Origin: a virus
Taxonomy: Duplodnaviria; Caudoviricetes
DNA length: 53,222 nt
IMG/VR virus record: IMGVR_UViG_3300009566_000017
Span: 1 to 53,222 of that record
Direction: 5' to 3' (one strand)
Part shown: positions 9,201 to 16,599 of the stretch, in pieces
Layout: the number at the start of each line of letters is the position of its first letter
How positions within the stretch are numbered: the stretch's first letter is position 1
Translations under genes and position numbers: made by a program
The notes under the pieces: model-generated
The model's input: only the letters and a program-made list of their open reading frames with translations
What the model was told of the DNA's origin: nothing
The model's database searches: none

Positions 9201-11010
9201 CATCGAGCTTGACCATCATGGTCATGTATGGACGGTCCTGCACCATACGCGTCCACATGACGCTCAGATCGCCGTACAGATCGCTCTCGCGGTCTATTGT
9301 GAACGGTGTATCGGACTTCGCGTACTTGCCCTCGACCTTCTGGATGAACGATTCGAGATCGCTCATGCGGACACTGCCGCTCTTGCCGTCCAGGAACGCA
9401 GCCATCTCTTTGACCAGCTCCACCTCGAACTCGGCGTAGGACTTGGTCTCCTTCGTCTTGAGGAAGTGCTCCTCCATCTTCAGGGCAAGCTTCGTCAGGG
9501 GATCATGGAAGCGCACCGGAACATGTTCCTCCTCGAACGCCTGAAGCACCAGCTGGTTCTGCTTGGTCAGAAGATCGTTCGTCGCACGCTTGTCGGCAAG
9601 ATCGTTCTCCTTGAGCGTCTTGACGAACTGCTCGTACATGTTCTCCTTCTCAGCACCGAACGAATACATGCGCTCGCGCAGACCTTCCTTGGCCGCCTTG
9701 ACGATCTCCGCCGGATCGGTGATCCCGCGGTCCTTGGCCGCCTGTTCCTCCAGGCCGTACTCCACCATCATGCGCTGGCCGTCCAGGATCTCGTCCAGCG
9801 TCGTCATGTCGATCTGGTGATCGGACACCGACCGTTCGAGAGCAGACTTGGCAGCCGTGCCCAGCCCCTCGCCCACGTTGGTCCAACCGGTACGCATCTC
9901 GACGCGGCCGATGTGCAGATCGCCCCAGTGCAGGACCTCTTCCTTCGCATGCTCGGACAGCCCGTCCCATCCTTCGAGTTTCTCCGGGCGAAGCAGCTTC
10001 CACTGTCCGCCAACGCTCCGAAGGTTCTTGCTCCAGAAGCGTCCAGCTTCCTCCATCCAGGCGGGTTTCTCCAGAGTGCCGAAGACGGCGCCGGATACCC
10101 AGTCATAGATCTGGATCGGCGTAGGATCGCCGCGCAGCGTAGACGGCAGCCCCATGTACAGCGCCGACGTGGCAGCGCGTGCCACGATGTTCCCAAGGGC
10201 CTCCCGTTCACTGCCATCAGCGAGCACACGGCGGGCGGAGCTGCCCACGAGGCCGCCCTTCCCGATCAGGTTTCCGATTCCGCCGAAGACCACACCGGCC
10301 TCGAAGCCGTAGGAGAGCGCCTGTAGCCTGGTATCCAGGTCCAGCCGGTAGATCGGTGCAGCGGAGACGGCAGAAGCGAGCCCCAGGTGCATTCCCTTCT
10401 GGAGCATCGCAGCTCCGGCACCGTTGGCCACCATGTACTTCTCGAGGAACTTCACGTGGCCGAGACCTTCGCGCATACCGTTGAAGGCCCACTTACCGAG
10501 CTTGCTCTCCATGGCCAGATCAGCGCCCAGCATCGGCACGCTTTTCAGCCGCGCAAGCTGCGCTGGTAGCTGTCCAAGCTGCTCCAGGTTCTTGAGGCGC
10601 ACGCCAAACTCACCGCCGATACGGAGCGCTTCCATGCCGCGCCCGATCACCATCGAGCTGCGTATCAGCGCAGAAGCCCCCAGCTTGCCAAGCGAACCGA
10701 CGCCAGGGACGATACCGATAAACCCCAGCAGGTGTCCCAGATTCCTGGCAACGTACTCGTAGTCGTTTTCCGGATTGGAGCCCACCTCGAGCGTCGTGAA
10801 ACCCTGAACAAAGCCCTGGAGCAACTGGCCGGTGGTGTCTCCGATACTGAAGTCCTTGTCACCGGATTTGTAAGGCAGTCCGGCAGAAGCGACCATCCTG
10901 GTCAGTTCAACGGTATCCTCCTCGTTGAACAGCTCAGGATTGTTCGCCTGCATGGACTGAAGGGACTGAAGGTTGGACTGCTCAACTGTCAGTAGTCTGG
11001 GATCAGGCAT
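223..11010 (-). CDS. Giant (3595 aa) putative virion-ejected polyprotein: two-barrel (crAss gp66/QDE-1-like) RNA polymerase with an inserted SF1B helicase
   Basis: GGMDQDGD catalytic-type motif (nt 5425-5439, aa ~1858-1862) preceded by RVP (nt 5551-5559). HLDGVMF and KGMFLGK motifs at aa ~900-945. SF1 helicase motifs GYAGTGKT, APTNKA, DEASM, GDTFQL, EVRRQ, HKSQGSQW and YTAVTRA. Last gene of the tail/ejection module. Confidence 0.8.
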   Translation of the reverse strand: MPDPRLLTVEQSNLQSLQSMQANNPELFNEEDTVELTRMVASAGLPYKSGDKDFSIGDTTGQLLQGFVQGFTTLEVGSNPENDYEYVARNLGHLLGFIGIVPGVGSLGKLGASALIRSSMVIGRGMEALRIGGEFGVRLKNLEQLGQLPAQLARLKSVPMLGADLAMESKLGKWAFNGMREGLGHVKFLEKYMVANGAGAAMLQKGMHLGLASAVSAAPIYRLDLDTRLQALSYGFEAGVVFGGIGNLIGKGGLVGSSARRVLADGSEREALGNIVARAATSALYMGLPSTLRGDPTPIQIYDWVSGAVFGTLEKPAWMEEAGRFWSKNLRSVGGQWKLLRPEKLEGWDGLSEHAKEEVLHWGDLHIGRVEMRTGWTNVGEGLGTAAKSALERSVSDHQIDMTTLDEILDGQRMMVEYGLEEQAAKDRGITDPAEIVKAAKEGLRERMYSFGAEKENMYEQFVKTLKENDLADKRATNDLLTKQNQLVLQAFEEEHVPVRFHDPLTKLALKMEEHFLKTKETKSYAEFEVELVKEMAAFLDGKSGSVRMSDLESFIQKVEGKYAKSDTPFTIDRESDLYGDLSVMWTRMVQDRPYMTMMVKLDASGEPQVVSMPEILDGKPTQGKKAASYMDLMLFNRDGKYRRSRIIEVSEAYIKDPKTGKERLVDLTEVPGLKFSRVIADMYFRKTKDGYDQPLMFMGGKKDTGVRLFGRALTWRVFRDGREMYSYRDPANGKRVVFSLEDKLAAMQRALNATAKEGETVENIIESYEYAKRDFKSDFLDESGRYIIPEHKLDAMFDHLYANDIVVLETLNAGVPVEAMLAHGKKFILKPVDWNKRLQVIHSPDYYMAGETFAGLPHFQNGKLPGIIVQVDSKDLDGLGFTAYRMGKDGTAERYVVDTHLDGVMFMRGDYFDRLERAMGQKGTGAQKLTITFAEPGKGMFLGKLLVHRATPELDAHLMGKGWAYKIYDTAAKQQGIREQFTERWNSKTSDIEYRHEDGRLLGESAAAPAAPVPAKPAEERPAVEQSPVPHTIDVSKPVGILDNRQTPIEYTSGQREALLKLGDMIKPGAKGKTFVLAGYAGTGKTTIIENLVRTAHAVMGSGEVHVVAPTNKAVRVLDGKLPADIKERMGGVRTRTIYNLLYGEPSVDPVTGALSFFADDKVKAKPGDWVIVDEASMVNSAVHQDMMDLVNTDGVNVIWIGDTFQLRPVEGGGKSDFSVLKSPSYELTEVRRQSLQSNILKLATAMRTSGKRAIMPDKSDGDVAVKSEREVRQEFLDAMKAGEDAVLIATTNEERVAANRDARSHVHGVNLDAPYIAGEPLISIFNSTRLKNGETFKVIDKAQVDGARMVTLRDPQGKPLKAQFMPGPSTSDGKLTGTLILPDYAKPTASIQAFDPASFNDVGLGAFIGKRRQDGSPYISKSLSIATYAYSITGHKSQGSQWERVFISGKQSKMANDPRWLYTAVTRASKSLTMSSDMPVASADWNMLETMALEGAEAQKSAPAKPQVSERRVSEMPDEAPPPELIPADEDLSFDLPPPVEKPVATGERPWETLIPAEGLRMNFSAGEHADLSDVQAKIQFSGQLDQGLARLWVQKMAERAWRGEYETNSQVVRYMGAKTPEERKAIAAGIDVRRMSAQDVYDVIQGRYMQEGPLFDKVVREVLKVQEDDFTEITDIVDPIDKAEAMKEATARSAAMTILKAGELSPLTLEWKYLKGFLDTRMRKYFRDRVVKPHLDGSWRSKSYGLDLHLQKRYGLKDGEYMAAEGLREKPIRIGPERTTLGAAWDEYYELQVQGKQDTPRYKELDEAMEHFMIRVPADSASGIRILRFKGFVKGSKGYGVFVTPKDMSYMGGMDQDGDAVDVYTSLPDRELHTNMKAYFKGKSMQWHHKARTASGEEMDVYDESDATRFQVEEKGSPEEIALAKRMRSSVGGAFSPKNEVLFHESSTRGLRMLGPSLLHSRRLLDMVRTAIDKNDGIIQWSMDIADVIRGKLDGSLPGLSNLKAQDAEEYRTLAEEYLKRGKDMDKARKTRFWQLDEKTKTSQFVFSGKVAPEHEVERILRDVVNTAADASKGYILKPREEIFDVITRTAIPDLKVHYTVGGKKEWLREPGKKPTPATRGGYADEVAYKGLVPIRRHPVYAQMAQLDRLMRGRNQNGARLSFEDVISGLNKIELRDVLKHSGHTWYLGGLHMGRLQLRKTSMAGYNTDGVQKLLEQFVGLVNKDPRLAPYAILHHFQAPQSGLDAAIAGMKQRGLSSEQMATEINQLVFNDIYSAVSAIKLMQSGKAFAEDFVARGRGTETEAQAKLLEISTLAEELKTQDATMFSNDKALEDLGFKIKGDRRAQDLHDRAYEMYQKLSEPGKEYFAYRLLGSLYHQDAPYLTKITPLKDKVDDLSRRIAESEKVNGVKDFALVNERGLAQAELDRVTKEFYHRGISRLAYTWDFIHPSYIKSMLSTVNELLGSIDGKTVNGEKLARAVSGTVHLDGISSLMKEVVPDAAGDVNVQYKLREYHETFLKEAYERSGATPENPLDKGTLDLLKKFEEFLYHYPHILRNLPALWEGVLAGRYRDGDVAHNIRQATKRDLKTFMRHFMYHGKFWHELTKEERDLALKRRHFLFDPESLGSAMRPVDNEQIATYRAPVALPDGNVVFKDVKTVLSTFDSIAEVWQAMHFSTNGTMNEERKKLETGWKDYEGGLQFVRSLGEDGETIFSIVSDIRQRKMGVVVSAQLSDMAAKGKQAAKIGEPYDYEKAADEAEARFKRLYDGGQKMLTYTDHRGSRVTESAVQIHARIMELQTRWAERVALFLNNPELEREHIKTRDTGEVDVRATLAGFAKTIRQGGRLPFIGMNGLYRVYHQMLIEKLYVKDYTDPNGIHYDRILYRDIADSEHRQRERAKLEGSKINASGWMTYDPVIPFAFKEMYFPHNGHPRKLVEKIMREKVLDQLKAGDKAGAMDAEAELKSQATQANDETGGWADTMDLLEADTVEEQGIRVANLFKVIPTPAHHRGAEPLPGWDKSTEAFWRYETQMIRGYHKMLGSLMSHSMIGDFVGRNVMGKNTGPWAMMMKIYNRDNMGYPSTFRKEWLEDPSYMIRNNMLYYPLTDQFMLDQLKKISRKYQLYDTAAKQQSELKAKASDAETRRLRAVVKGDVAAAEQAEKERNSYAKQAGALTKKAIANGSYGAEEALYGKARVLANLEAKWEMISLLSHTKTMAYNLFDGNVNTAVSTGMESWVKAKDFKYLKQNVFTGPEFNTMRDIERFAEEHGAGETYIVDVFEAGTSGRQGSLAELGKDVMGRFRGKPSADGYSFEQKMEQNAAMKGVMDVGSWPMRYSERYLRNRAWLAHYLKAREVLGASMQTFKYDDPWLIAMANRGVAGTQFLYNNAARPAFARTMLGRVFSRFQMYAFKSTKMRVDIMKEAAALGYDEGTEAFQKLQRRMTADLFMWGLAMLFPASMFSSVLGGPLSQLKEMATFFFGDDEDKERSFYSPLPYPLSVIQVVSPPVMRIPYATFGTLMTGDWDKFASQHVWTWFPFGRIARDVYSFTEKPALAGEKFLGMPFHQMQRLVNKAERKNRGKKRRFESPIMGAVW

Positions 11011-11028
11011 CGTCTTTGGTAGTCGTGG

Positions 11029-12060
11029 TTATTTCGAGACCTGGGCACGTTCGAGGGCGCCCTTGTTCTGCAAGGCCTGTTCCTCGAGAGCTGCCTGATA
11101 CTTCAGGCGCGCCTGGATCAGCGGAGACTGGCTCCACTGCAAGACACCAGCGCCAAAGTTCTGGACTGGTCCCGGAGGAAGAGTTTGCAGGTCTGGAGCC
11201 ATGATGGCATTGGCCGCAGCCGTCGTCGGAGTCAATCCCAACTCGGAATTCTTCGCATAGATGTCGTAGAGCTTCAGTTGCCGTTTCGCGGCAGCCTGTA
11301 TCGCCAGCTCGTTGCTTGCTTCAACGCTGTCGGCCATTGTGTTCTGGTTGGCGGTCTGCGCATTGCCCACGATCGACGTGATCCATCCTGCATGGCTTCC
11401 TGTGGCAGCGGCAACACCACCCAGGATGGTGTTCAGTCCACGCCATCCCTCTCCCGTGCGCGTCGGCACCGGCTGCACCTTCGGATCCTGGGCGGCCTGG
11501 ATCGCCTCGTTGGCTACGGCCCAGTCGCGGCGGTTCTGTCCCTTCATGTAATCCATCTCCGCGCCCCAGCGGTTCTGAGCCGCCGTCATCTGGTCCTTGA
11601 AGTGCCGGTCCTGCATCGCCAGCTCATCAGCGCGGGACTGCATACCCATGATCAGCTGCCGGTCGTTGAACGTGACCATACCGTCCTTGTTTGCAGCAGC
11701 GAGGAATTTGCCCTGGAGCGCTGTTCCCTTGAACGCCTCTTCCAGCTGAGCGGCCGAGACGGGCTGCTGGTTCAGCAGACTGTTCTCCTTCTGGAGAGCA
11801 CCGCTTTTGACCAGCTCCTCCATGCGCTGCTTACCCTGCTCGCGCATACGTTCCGTTTCACCGCGTTCACGCATTCCCTGGAGTTCTTTCTGGTAGTCGG
11901 CCTGCGTGCGCAGTACGGCGAGCTGCTGCTCGCGGTTCAGCACGTTCTCCGCCTTCTCGAACTCCTGTGAACGCCTCAGCATCGCCATGCGGGCGTTGCG
12001 TTCTTCCTGCGCGTTGATCGCGCTCAGGATCACCTCACCAAAGTTCCAACCTTGTGCCAT
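11029..12060 (-). CDS. Putative internal virion/ejection protein (343 aa)
   Basis: Helical, Q/A/E-rich, with a Gly/Ala hydrophobic patch; GGAG RBS; lies between the nozzle and giant genes, the usual podovirus position. Confidence 0.55.
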   Translation of the reverse strand: MAQGWNFGEVILSAINAQEERNARMAMLRRSQEFEKAENVLNREQQLAVLRTQADYQKELQGMRERGETERMREQGKQRMEELVKSGALQKENSLLNQQPVSAAQLEEAFKGTALQGKFLAAANKDGMVTFNDRQLIMGMQSRADELAMQDRHFKDQMTAAQNRWGAEMDYMKGQNRRDWAVANEAIQAAQDPKVQPVPTRTGEGWRGLNTILGGVAAATGSHAGWITSIVGNAQTANQNTMADSVEASNELAIQAAAKRQLKLYDIYAKNSELGLTPTTAAANAIMAPDLQTLPPGPVQNFGAGVLQWSQSPLIQARLKYQAALEEQALQNKGALERAQVSK

Positions 12061-12073
12061 GTGTGTGGTCTCC

Positions 12074-12619
12074 CTATTCGCCGTTGCCAGCTGCCCACTT
12101 GCCGAGCAGGCTTCCGCCGAGGCCGAGCATCTGGTTCATGAATCCGCCGAAACTGTACTGGTCGTCAAGCTGCTTCTGGAGCATACTGGCCTGGTTCTGG
12201 TCTCCGTAGATCGCGGCATTCCAGCTCAGGGCCTGTCCCTGGTTGGCAACGGCACTCTGCTCGTTGTTCAACAGATGCGTCAGGAAGCTCTGTCCGGCGG
12301 ACTGCCGTGCACGCGTTTCCTGTTGCCGCGCCTGTTCACCCGCCATGGTGATGGAGCCGCCGCCGGAAAGGCCTCCAAGACCGCGTTGCAGCTGCATCAG
12401 CTCGTTGACCGACGGTCCCGCAGAACGCGCGCTGGTGCGGATCTGCGAGAGCACCATCTTGTTGAAGGCGGAGTTCGGGTCGCGGAGTTCCTGTGCACGC
12501 CGGATACCACCGGAAGCCCAGCTCATACCGTTCTGAAGGACGTCGCTCTGCGTGGGCGTGTATCCCGCGGGCTCGTTGTAGTTGTTGGGATCGTACTTGT
12601 CACCAGGATACATTGGCAT
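12074..12619 (-). CDS. Putative small ejection/pilot protein (181 aa)
   Basis: Q/G-rich with a C-terminal GLGGSLLG patch; AAGGA RBS; synteny. Confidence 0.5.
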   Translation of the reverse strand: MPMYPGDKYDPNNYNEPAGYTPTQSDVLQNGMSWASGGIRRAQELRDPNSAFNKMVLSQIRTSARSAGPSVNELMQLQRGLGGLSGGGSITMAGEQARQQETRARQSAGQSFLTHLLNNEQSAVANQGQALSWNAAIYGDQNQASMLQKQLDDQYSFGGFMNQMLGLGGSLLGKWAAGNGE

Positions 12620-12631
12620 CGGTTTATCCTT

Positions 12632-12832
12632 TTAAGAAGTCCATGTGTCTTTAGTTACCCATTGCTTTCCATCGAAGTACTCCAGCGACAGCGTCGCAGC
12701 ATCGGCGGAAGACGTGAATCTCCAGCGTCCGGCGATGACTCCCTGTGCTGGTAGCGCGTTGATGGCGCTCTCAATGTCGCGGAAGTTGCGATCGGTACCC
12801 TTGTCCTGTACGGGCGGAAGACGCAGACTCAT
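12632..12832 (-). CDS. Small hypothetical virion protein (66 aa)
   Basis: ATGA-coupled to the upstream gene; fills the operon. Confidence 0.55.
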   Translation of the reverse strand: MSLRLPPVQDKGTDRNFRDIESAINALPAQGVIAGRWRFTSSADAATLSLEYFDGKQWVTKDTWTS

Positions 12833-14697
12833 CGCTTACCCTCCATGCGCCTGTACATGATGTTCACCGAACGCACCTCATCCAGTCCATCCCCGGCGAT
12901 GACAAAGCGGATCAGCTTGAAACCTTTCGCGCTGTGCAGGTCGCTTCCGGCAAGCTCGTGTCCGATGATGGGTGTGGTTCCGGCAGCGTCCACCTGCTTG
13001 TCGTAGTACTTCTTCTCCTGCGTCGGTTCCCCGAGGCCCATCCAGGGGCTGCGCCATGCCCACGGAAGTCGTGTCGTACCAGCGGAGATCTGATAGAGCC
13101 TCGTGAACGTCAGCGTGGCGGTCGGGGCTATGGGAACAAAGCGTCCCTCCAGTACGACGTGCGTCTTTCCGTCGGCATCGGCAAAGGCGCCAGCGGCGGC
13201 AACATTCACCGGGTTGCCGTAGATCGGATCCGTCACGGGAAACGTCCAGTAGTCCCAGCGTTTCGACGCGAACGAGTAGATCCAGGCAGAAGCCTGAAGT
13301 CCGACTCTGAGGAACATCACCGCCGTGTACTCCGGCAGGTAGATCACCTGCATACTCGATGCAGTCCAGGCCTGCCATGTGTCGGCGATCGGAGTGGAAA
13401 GGTCCACCATCTGCTTGCCGTCGTACATGTAGGCACCGAACGCATTGCAGAAAACCATGCCGCCGTCCAGCGACAGAACGGATCGCGGGCTGTATGTGCC
13501 CGTCTGTTCTATTTGATCCTCGATATAGAACCCAATCGGGTTGATGCGCAGGATGTGATGGTCGCTGAAGACGTACAGACGGCCTTCATAGCCGGTGATC
13601 GCCCTCGGCACGTACGGCAGCCGCAGGTATTCGTTGGCCCAGTCGAACGTGTCCAGGCGTCCCACCAGAGAGCGGAACAGCAGGAACTCGGCCTCGGGAA
13701 CGCCTTCCTTCGTGCAGTGACCAACAAACAACGAGCCACCAAACAGACATCCCAGTCGGTACTGAACGAAGCTGGAAGTAGCGGCAGAAGAGATGCCCGA
13801 GATGCGCTCGTACTCGTCACCCACCTGGTCCTCGCCATTATCGAAGACCGAAATCACCCCGCTGCCCTGAACGATGGTATCGGCAACCGATGCCCGTGAT
13901 GTCGGGTAATCGGTTTTCAGGCGATCCACCGTGGCGATCAGCCGGTACGGAGTGTCTGGCGCAGCAGCGCTGGAATCTGTCGAGAACGCACGCCACACGC
14001 GGATTGCCGTCGCCCGCCTGTACAGAAGCGTGTCTTCCTTGAAGTCGTCAAACCGCACCTCGTTGTAAGACTCCGCTGTTGCAGCAACGGCAGTCACGAC
14101 TTCGCCCAGGGGACCGTCCTGGAGACCGTCGTACAGGACAGAAGCGCGATAGAAGTACTTGCCAGCCGCAAGCTGTCCGCTCGTACCGGTCGTGTAGGTC
14201 GTGCCGGACAATTCCCACGCAGAAGGCATCTTGGGCACCTCTGCCGTGTCGACGATGTCCTGACCGGCATAGTCCTGCCCGCCGAAGTACACCAGATCAG
14301 CGTCGATGGACGGGTGCTTCCCGCAGACGCGCACGTTGGTCAGGGCTGGGATCAACTCTCCACGGCGCTCGACGATGGATTTGTTGGAGAGATATCCCGT
14401 GCCGAATGTCAGAGCATCGGTGATGTTCCCCTGCGTTCCGTCCTGGTTCTTGGCGCCGAGTAGCGTCGTGTATTTGACGACTCCTTCCGGAGAATACAGA
14501 ACGTGAGCCGAACGCAGCGCATTGAGGTTGAGCAGGACATCGTTCCTGACATCCGACTTGCGTCCGCGCAATCCGCCGAGGTACAGCGGGTCGATGTTCA
14601 GACTTTCCCGTGCAGCATCAGGGGCCTGGTCGGTTTCATCCAGAACCGTCACCGTCCCCTTGTTGAACTGCCCGATGTTGAAGATCTCACGCGGCAT
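12829..14697 (-). CDS. Tail nozzle / tail tubular protein B-like stabilization protein
   Basis: Beta-rich, propeller-like 622-aa protein; N-terminal FNKG...ESLNID and C-terminal WRSPW...KKYY patterns typical of podovirus nozzles; start moved to ATG 14697, which has a GGAG RBS. Confidence 0.6.
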   Translation of the reverse strand: MPREIFNIGQFNKGTVTVLDETDQAPDAARESLNIDPLYLGGLRGRKSDVRNDVLLNLNALRSAHVLYSPEGVVKYTTLLGAKNQDGTQGNITDALTFGTGYLSNKSIVERRGELIPALTNVRVCGKHPSIDADLVYFGGQDYAGQDIVDTAEVPKMPSAWELSGTTYTTGTSGQLAAGKYFYRASVLYDGLQDGPLGEVVTAVAATAESYNEVRFDDFKEDTLLYRRATAIRVWRAFSTDSSAAAPDTPYRLIATVDRLKTDYPTSRASVADTIVQGSGVISVFDNGEDQVGDEYERISGISSAATSSFVQYRLGCLFGGSLFVGHCTKEGVPEAEFLLFRSLVGRLDTFDWANEYLRLPYVPRAITGYEGRLYVFSDHHILRINPIGFYIEDQIEQTGTYSPRSVLSLDGGMVFCNAFGAYMYDGKQMVDLSTPIADTWQAWTASSMQVIYLPEYTAVMFLRVGLQASAWIYSFASKRWDYWTFPVTDPIYGNPVNVAAAGAFADADGKTHVVLEGRFVPIAPTATLTFTRLYQISAGTTRLPWAWRSPWMGLGEPTQEKKYYDKQVDAAGTTPIIGHELAGSDLHSAKGFKLIRFVIAGDGLDEVRSVNIMYRRMEGKR

Positions 14698-14699
14698 AG

Positions 14700-15152
14700 C
14701 TACTTGCTCCACTTGATGATAAGCAACACGATACCGATCAGCAGCAGCAGAAAGAGAATCAGCGGGACATAGCCGAGCGTCGTTTCCCAGATCGTCAGCT
14801 CGCGCTCGTGCTTGATGATCGTCACCGCCGTGTCCTTGTCGACGTATTCAACGGGAGGCGGAGTGACCTGCACCCTGACATCCCATTTCTTGATCTCGCG
14901 TACCGCCTCTTTCACCTTCTGGATCTGCTCGCCGGTCTTGCCCTTGACATCGGGCGTGACGGTGACGGTCCCCACGGAAGACGAATCCGTTACGATCGAC
15001 AGGCTGTCCGTCATCGTAGCCGACAGGACTGTGTCTATCCTGGGAACAAACACCAGCACCGTCTCAGCACTGGTAGTCTGCTCGACAGAGACTCGTTCGC
15101 TGGCACCACATCCCAGAAGCAACAGAAGCATTGCAGCTGCCAAATATTTCAT
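14700..15152 (-). CDS. Unimolecular spanin (u-spanin)-like lipoprotein
   Basis: MKYLAAAMLLLLLGC lipobox, beta-rich middle and C-terminal TM helix (YVPLILFLLLLIGIVLLII); ATGA-coupled to the endolysin. Confidence 0.75.
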   Translation of the reverse strand: MKYLAAAMLLLLLGCGASERVSVEQTTSAETVLVFVPRIDTVLSATMTDSLSIVTDSSSVGTVTVTPDVKGKTGEQIQKVKEAVREIKKWDVRVQVTPPPVEYVDKDTAVTIIKHERELTIWETTLGYVPLILFLLLLIGIVLLIIKWSK

Positions 15153-15622
15153 GCGACGACTCCTTTGAGAGCACGGGTCATCCACCCGGCAAGGAATTTC
15201 ACCTGAGAAGTATTGCGTGTCACGATCCGCGTGTAATGCATGACCGACGCTTCCACCAGCTTCAGCAGCAGGCGCTCTGGATGCATCGCATTGATGGCAT
15301 AGAGCGTCTCCTGTCCCATGATCCCATCAACGCGGACACCGACGGCGGCCTGCACGTACATCGTGGCACGGATCCTGCCCATGTTGACCGCCATATCGAA
15401 GATCTTCCACCGGATCGTCTCGTTGGCCACTTCGTCCAGGCGCAAGAGATCGTAGAAGTCACGCTGCAAGATAGCTGCGGCGTCCTCTTTGGTCAGGTTC
15501 TTGATGTCCACGTGCGGATAGCTCCGGCGGGAGATCCCGAACTTCGTCTCACCGCCTGGATCGTCAACATCGTTAACGTAGCCGCCTTCAAGATTCAGTG
15601 TGCGTTCAATGATCGTGTTCAT
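15149..15622 (-). CDS. Endolysin, glycoside hydrolase family 108 with peptidoglycan-binding C-terminus
   Basis: EGGYVNDVDDPGGETKFGIS, FDMAVNMG, DGIMGQET and FLAGWMTR motifs; start reassigned to ATG 15622. Confidence 0.92.
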   Translation of the reverse strand: MNTIIERTLNLEGGYVNDVDDPGGETKFGISRRSYPHVDIKNLTKEDAAAILQRDFYDLLRLDEVANETIRWKIFDMAVNMGRIRATMYVQAAVGVRVDGIMGQETLYAINAMHPERLLLKLVEASVMHYTRIVTRNTSQVKFLAGWMTRALKGVVA

Positions 15623-15932
15623 ACGATCCCATCCCGGTACGCAGACTGGGGATACAGTGCGTACACTCGTCCTTGCGGACATAGTTGCGAGCAAGATCAA
15701 TGTGCAGATCAGCGATCTTCTGACGCGTCTGTGTATTCTCGGAGCTGACAAGCGTTTTGACCTCATCAAACCGCGTGAGATAGTTGAACTTGATCTCATT
15801 GACGTCTTGCGTGACGGCGTCGATCTTGACAATCTTGCTGCGTACGAACCAACCGACAATGCCTATCAGCAACATGATGATGACGCTACTGAGCGTCTGG
15901 ACGAGTTCGGCGATCTCCGGATGCAGTGTCAT
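15606..15932 (-). CDS. Putative holin / single-TM coiled-coil protein
   Basis: One N-terminal TM helix (VIIMLLIGIVGWFV); directly upstream of the endolysin. Confidence 0.5.
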   Translation of the reverse strand: MTLHPEIAELVQTLSSVIIMLLIGIVGWFVRSKIVKIDAVTQDVNEIKFNYLTRFDEVKTLVSSENTQTRQKIADLHIDLARNYVRKDECTHCIPSLRTGMGSYEHDH

Positions 15933-16222
15933 GAGAGTGCCTCCACCAGAAGCCGGAATTGCAGCGAGTCGGTGTGCAGCCCAGTCGAGGCCTTCACCGT
16001 CACCAGCGTCTCGCCGGGGGCGAGTCCGCGCATGGTCACCATCGCGATGGCATTACCGGTGTAGCCGGTAAGGTACGAGGCAATGGCACCGTCCTCGATG
16101 GTGGTTCCACCCAGCGCAATCACGGAATCCACGGGAAACAGTTCAGTGAAGTCCAGCTCTACGGCCACATCGTTCCCCACCAGGACATGGAACAACGGGA
16201 TGTCATTGTCGCGTGTCGCCAT
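15929..16222 (-). CDS. Hypothetical beta-rich protein (97 aa, Ig-like?)
   Basis: AGGAGA RBS before ATG 16222; ATGA overlap with the next gene. Confidence 0.55.
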   Translation of the reverse strand: MATRDNDIPLFHVLVGNDVAVELDFTELFPVDSVIALGGTTIEDGAIASYLTGYTGNAIAMVTMRGLAPGETLVTVKASTGLHTDSLQFRLLVEALS

Positions 16223-16230
16223 ACGGTCTC

Positions 16231-16599
16231 CTATTTGAATACGAGATACAGGGTTGCCAGGGACGCCAACGCGGCCCCCACCTCCAGCCACCACAATCTG
16301 GGCCACCAGTTCTCGCCCGGAGTGCGGTGAAACGGAATATCGAGCAGGACATGCCAGAGGATCGGCGGGAAGAAGAACCCGAGCCACACAAGATCCCCCG
16401 AATGCATCCTGCTGTACAGCACCCAGCGCGGCTTCTTGAAGACGACAGAAGCCACCCAGTCGGCGGTGTCAGGGAGCGTCCCCACGATGCCACCGAGGAT
16501 CACCGCCCCAACAGACTGTTCCGGCGGAACGTGGCCGTGCATAAACACGAGCGCCGTTCCCGCTGCTCCAACCAATCCATGTGTGACGAACGTTGCCAT
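16231..16599 (-). CDS. YdjM-like membrane metal-dependent hydrolase
   Basis: THGL, G.LPD..D, HSG and H..LD motifs among hydrophobic helices; TGATG-coupled start. Confidence 0.6.
   Translation of the reverse strand: MATFVTHGLVGAAGTALVFMHGHVPPEQSVGAVILGGIVGTLPDTADWVASVVFKKPRWVLYSRMHSGDLVWLGFFFPPILWHVLLDIPFHRTPGENWWPRLWWLEVGAALASLATLYLVFK

Noticed and set aside
7915-10326. 803-aa plus-strand ORF, and similar long ones (4294..5790, 30481..32130, 33455..34978; 44423..45784 on minus)
   Set aside because: Antisense shadows of real genes caused by GC3 codon bias; no motifs or RBS
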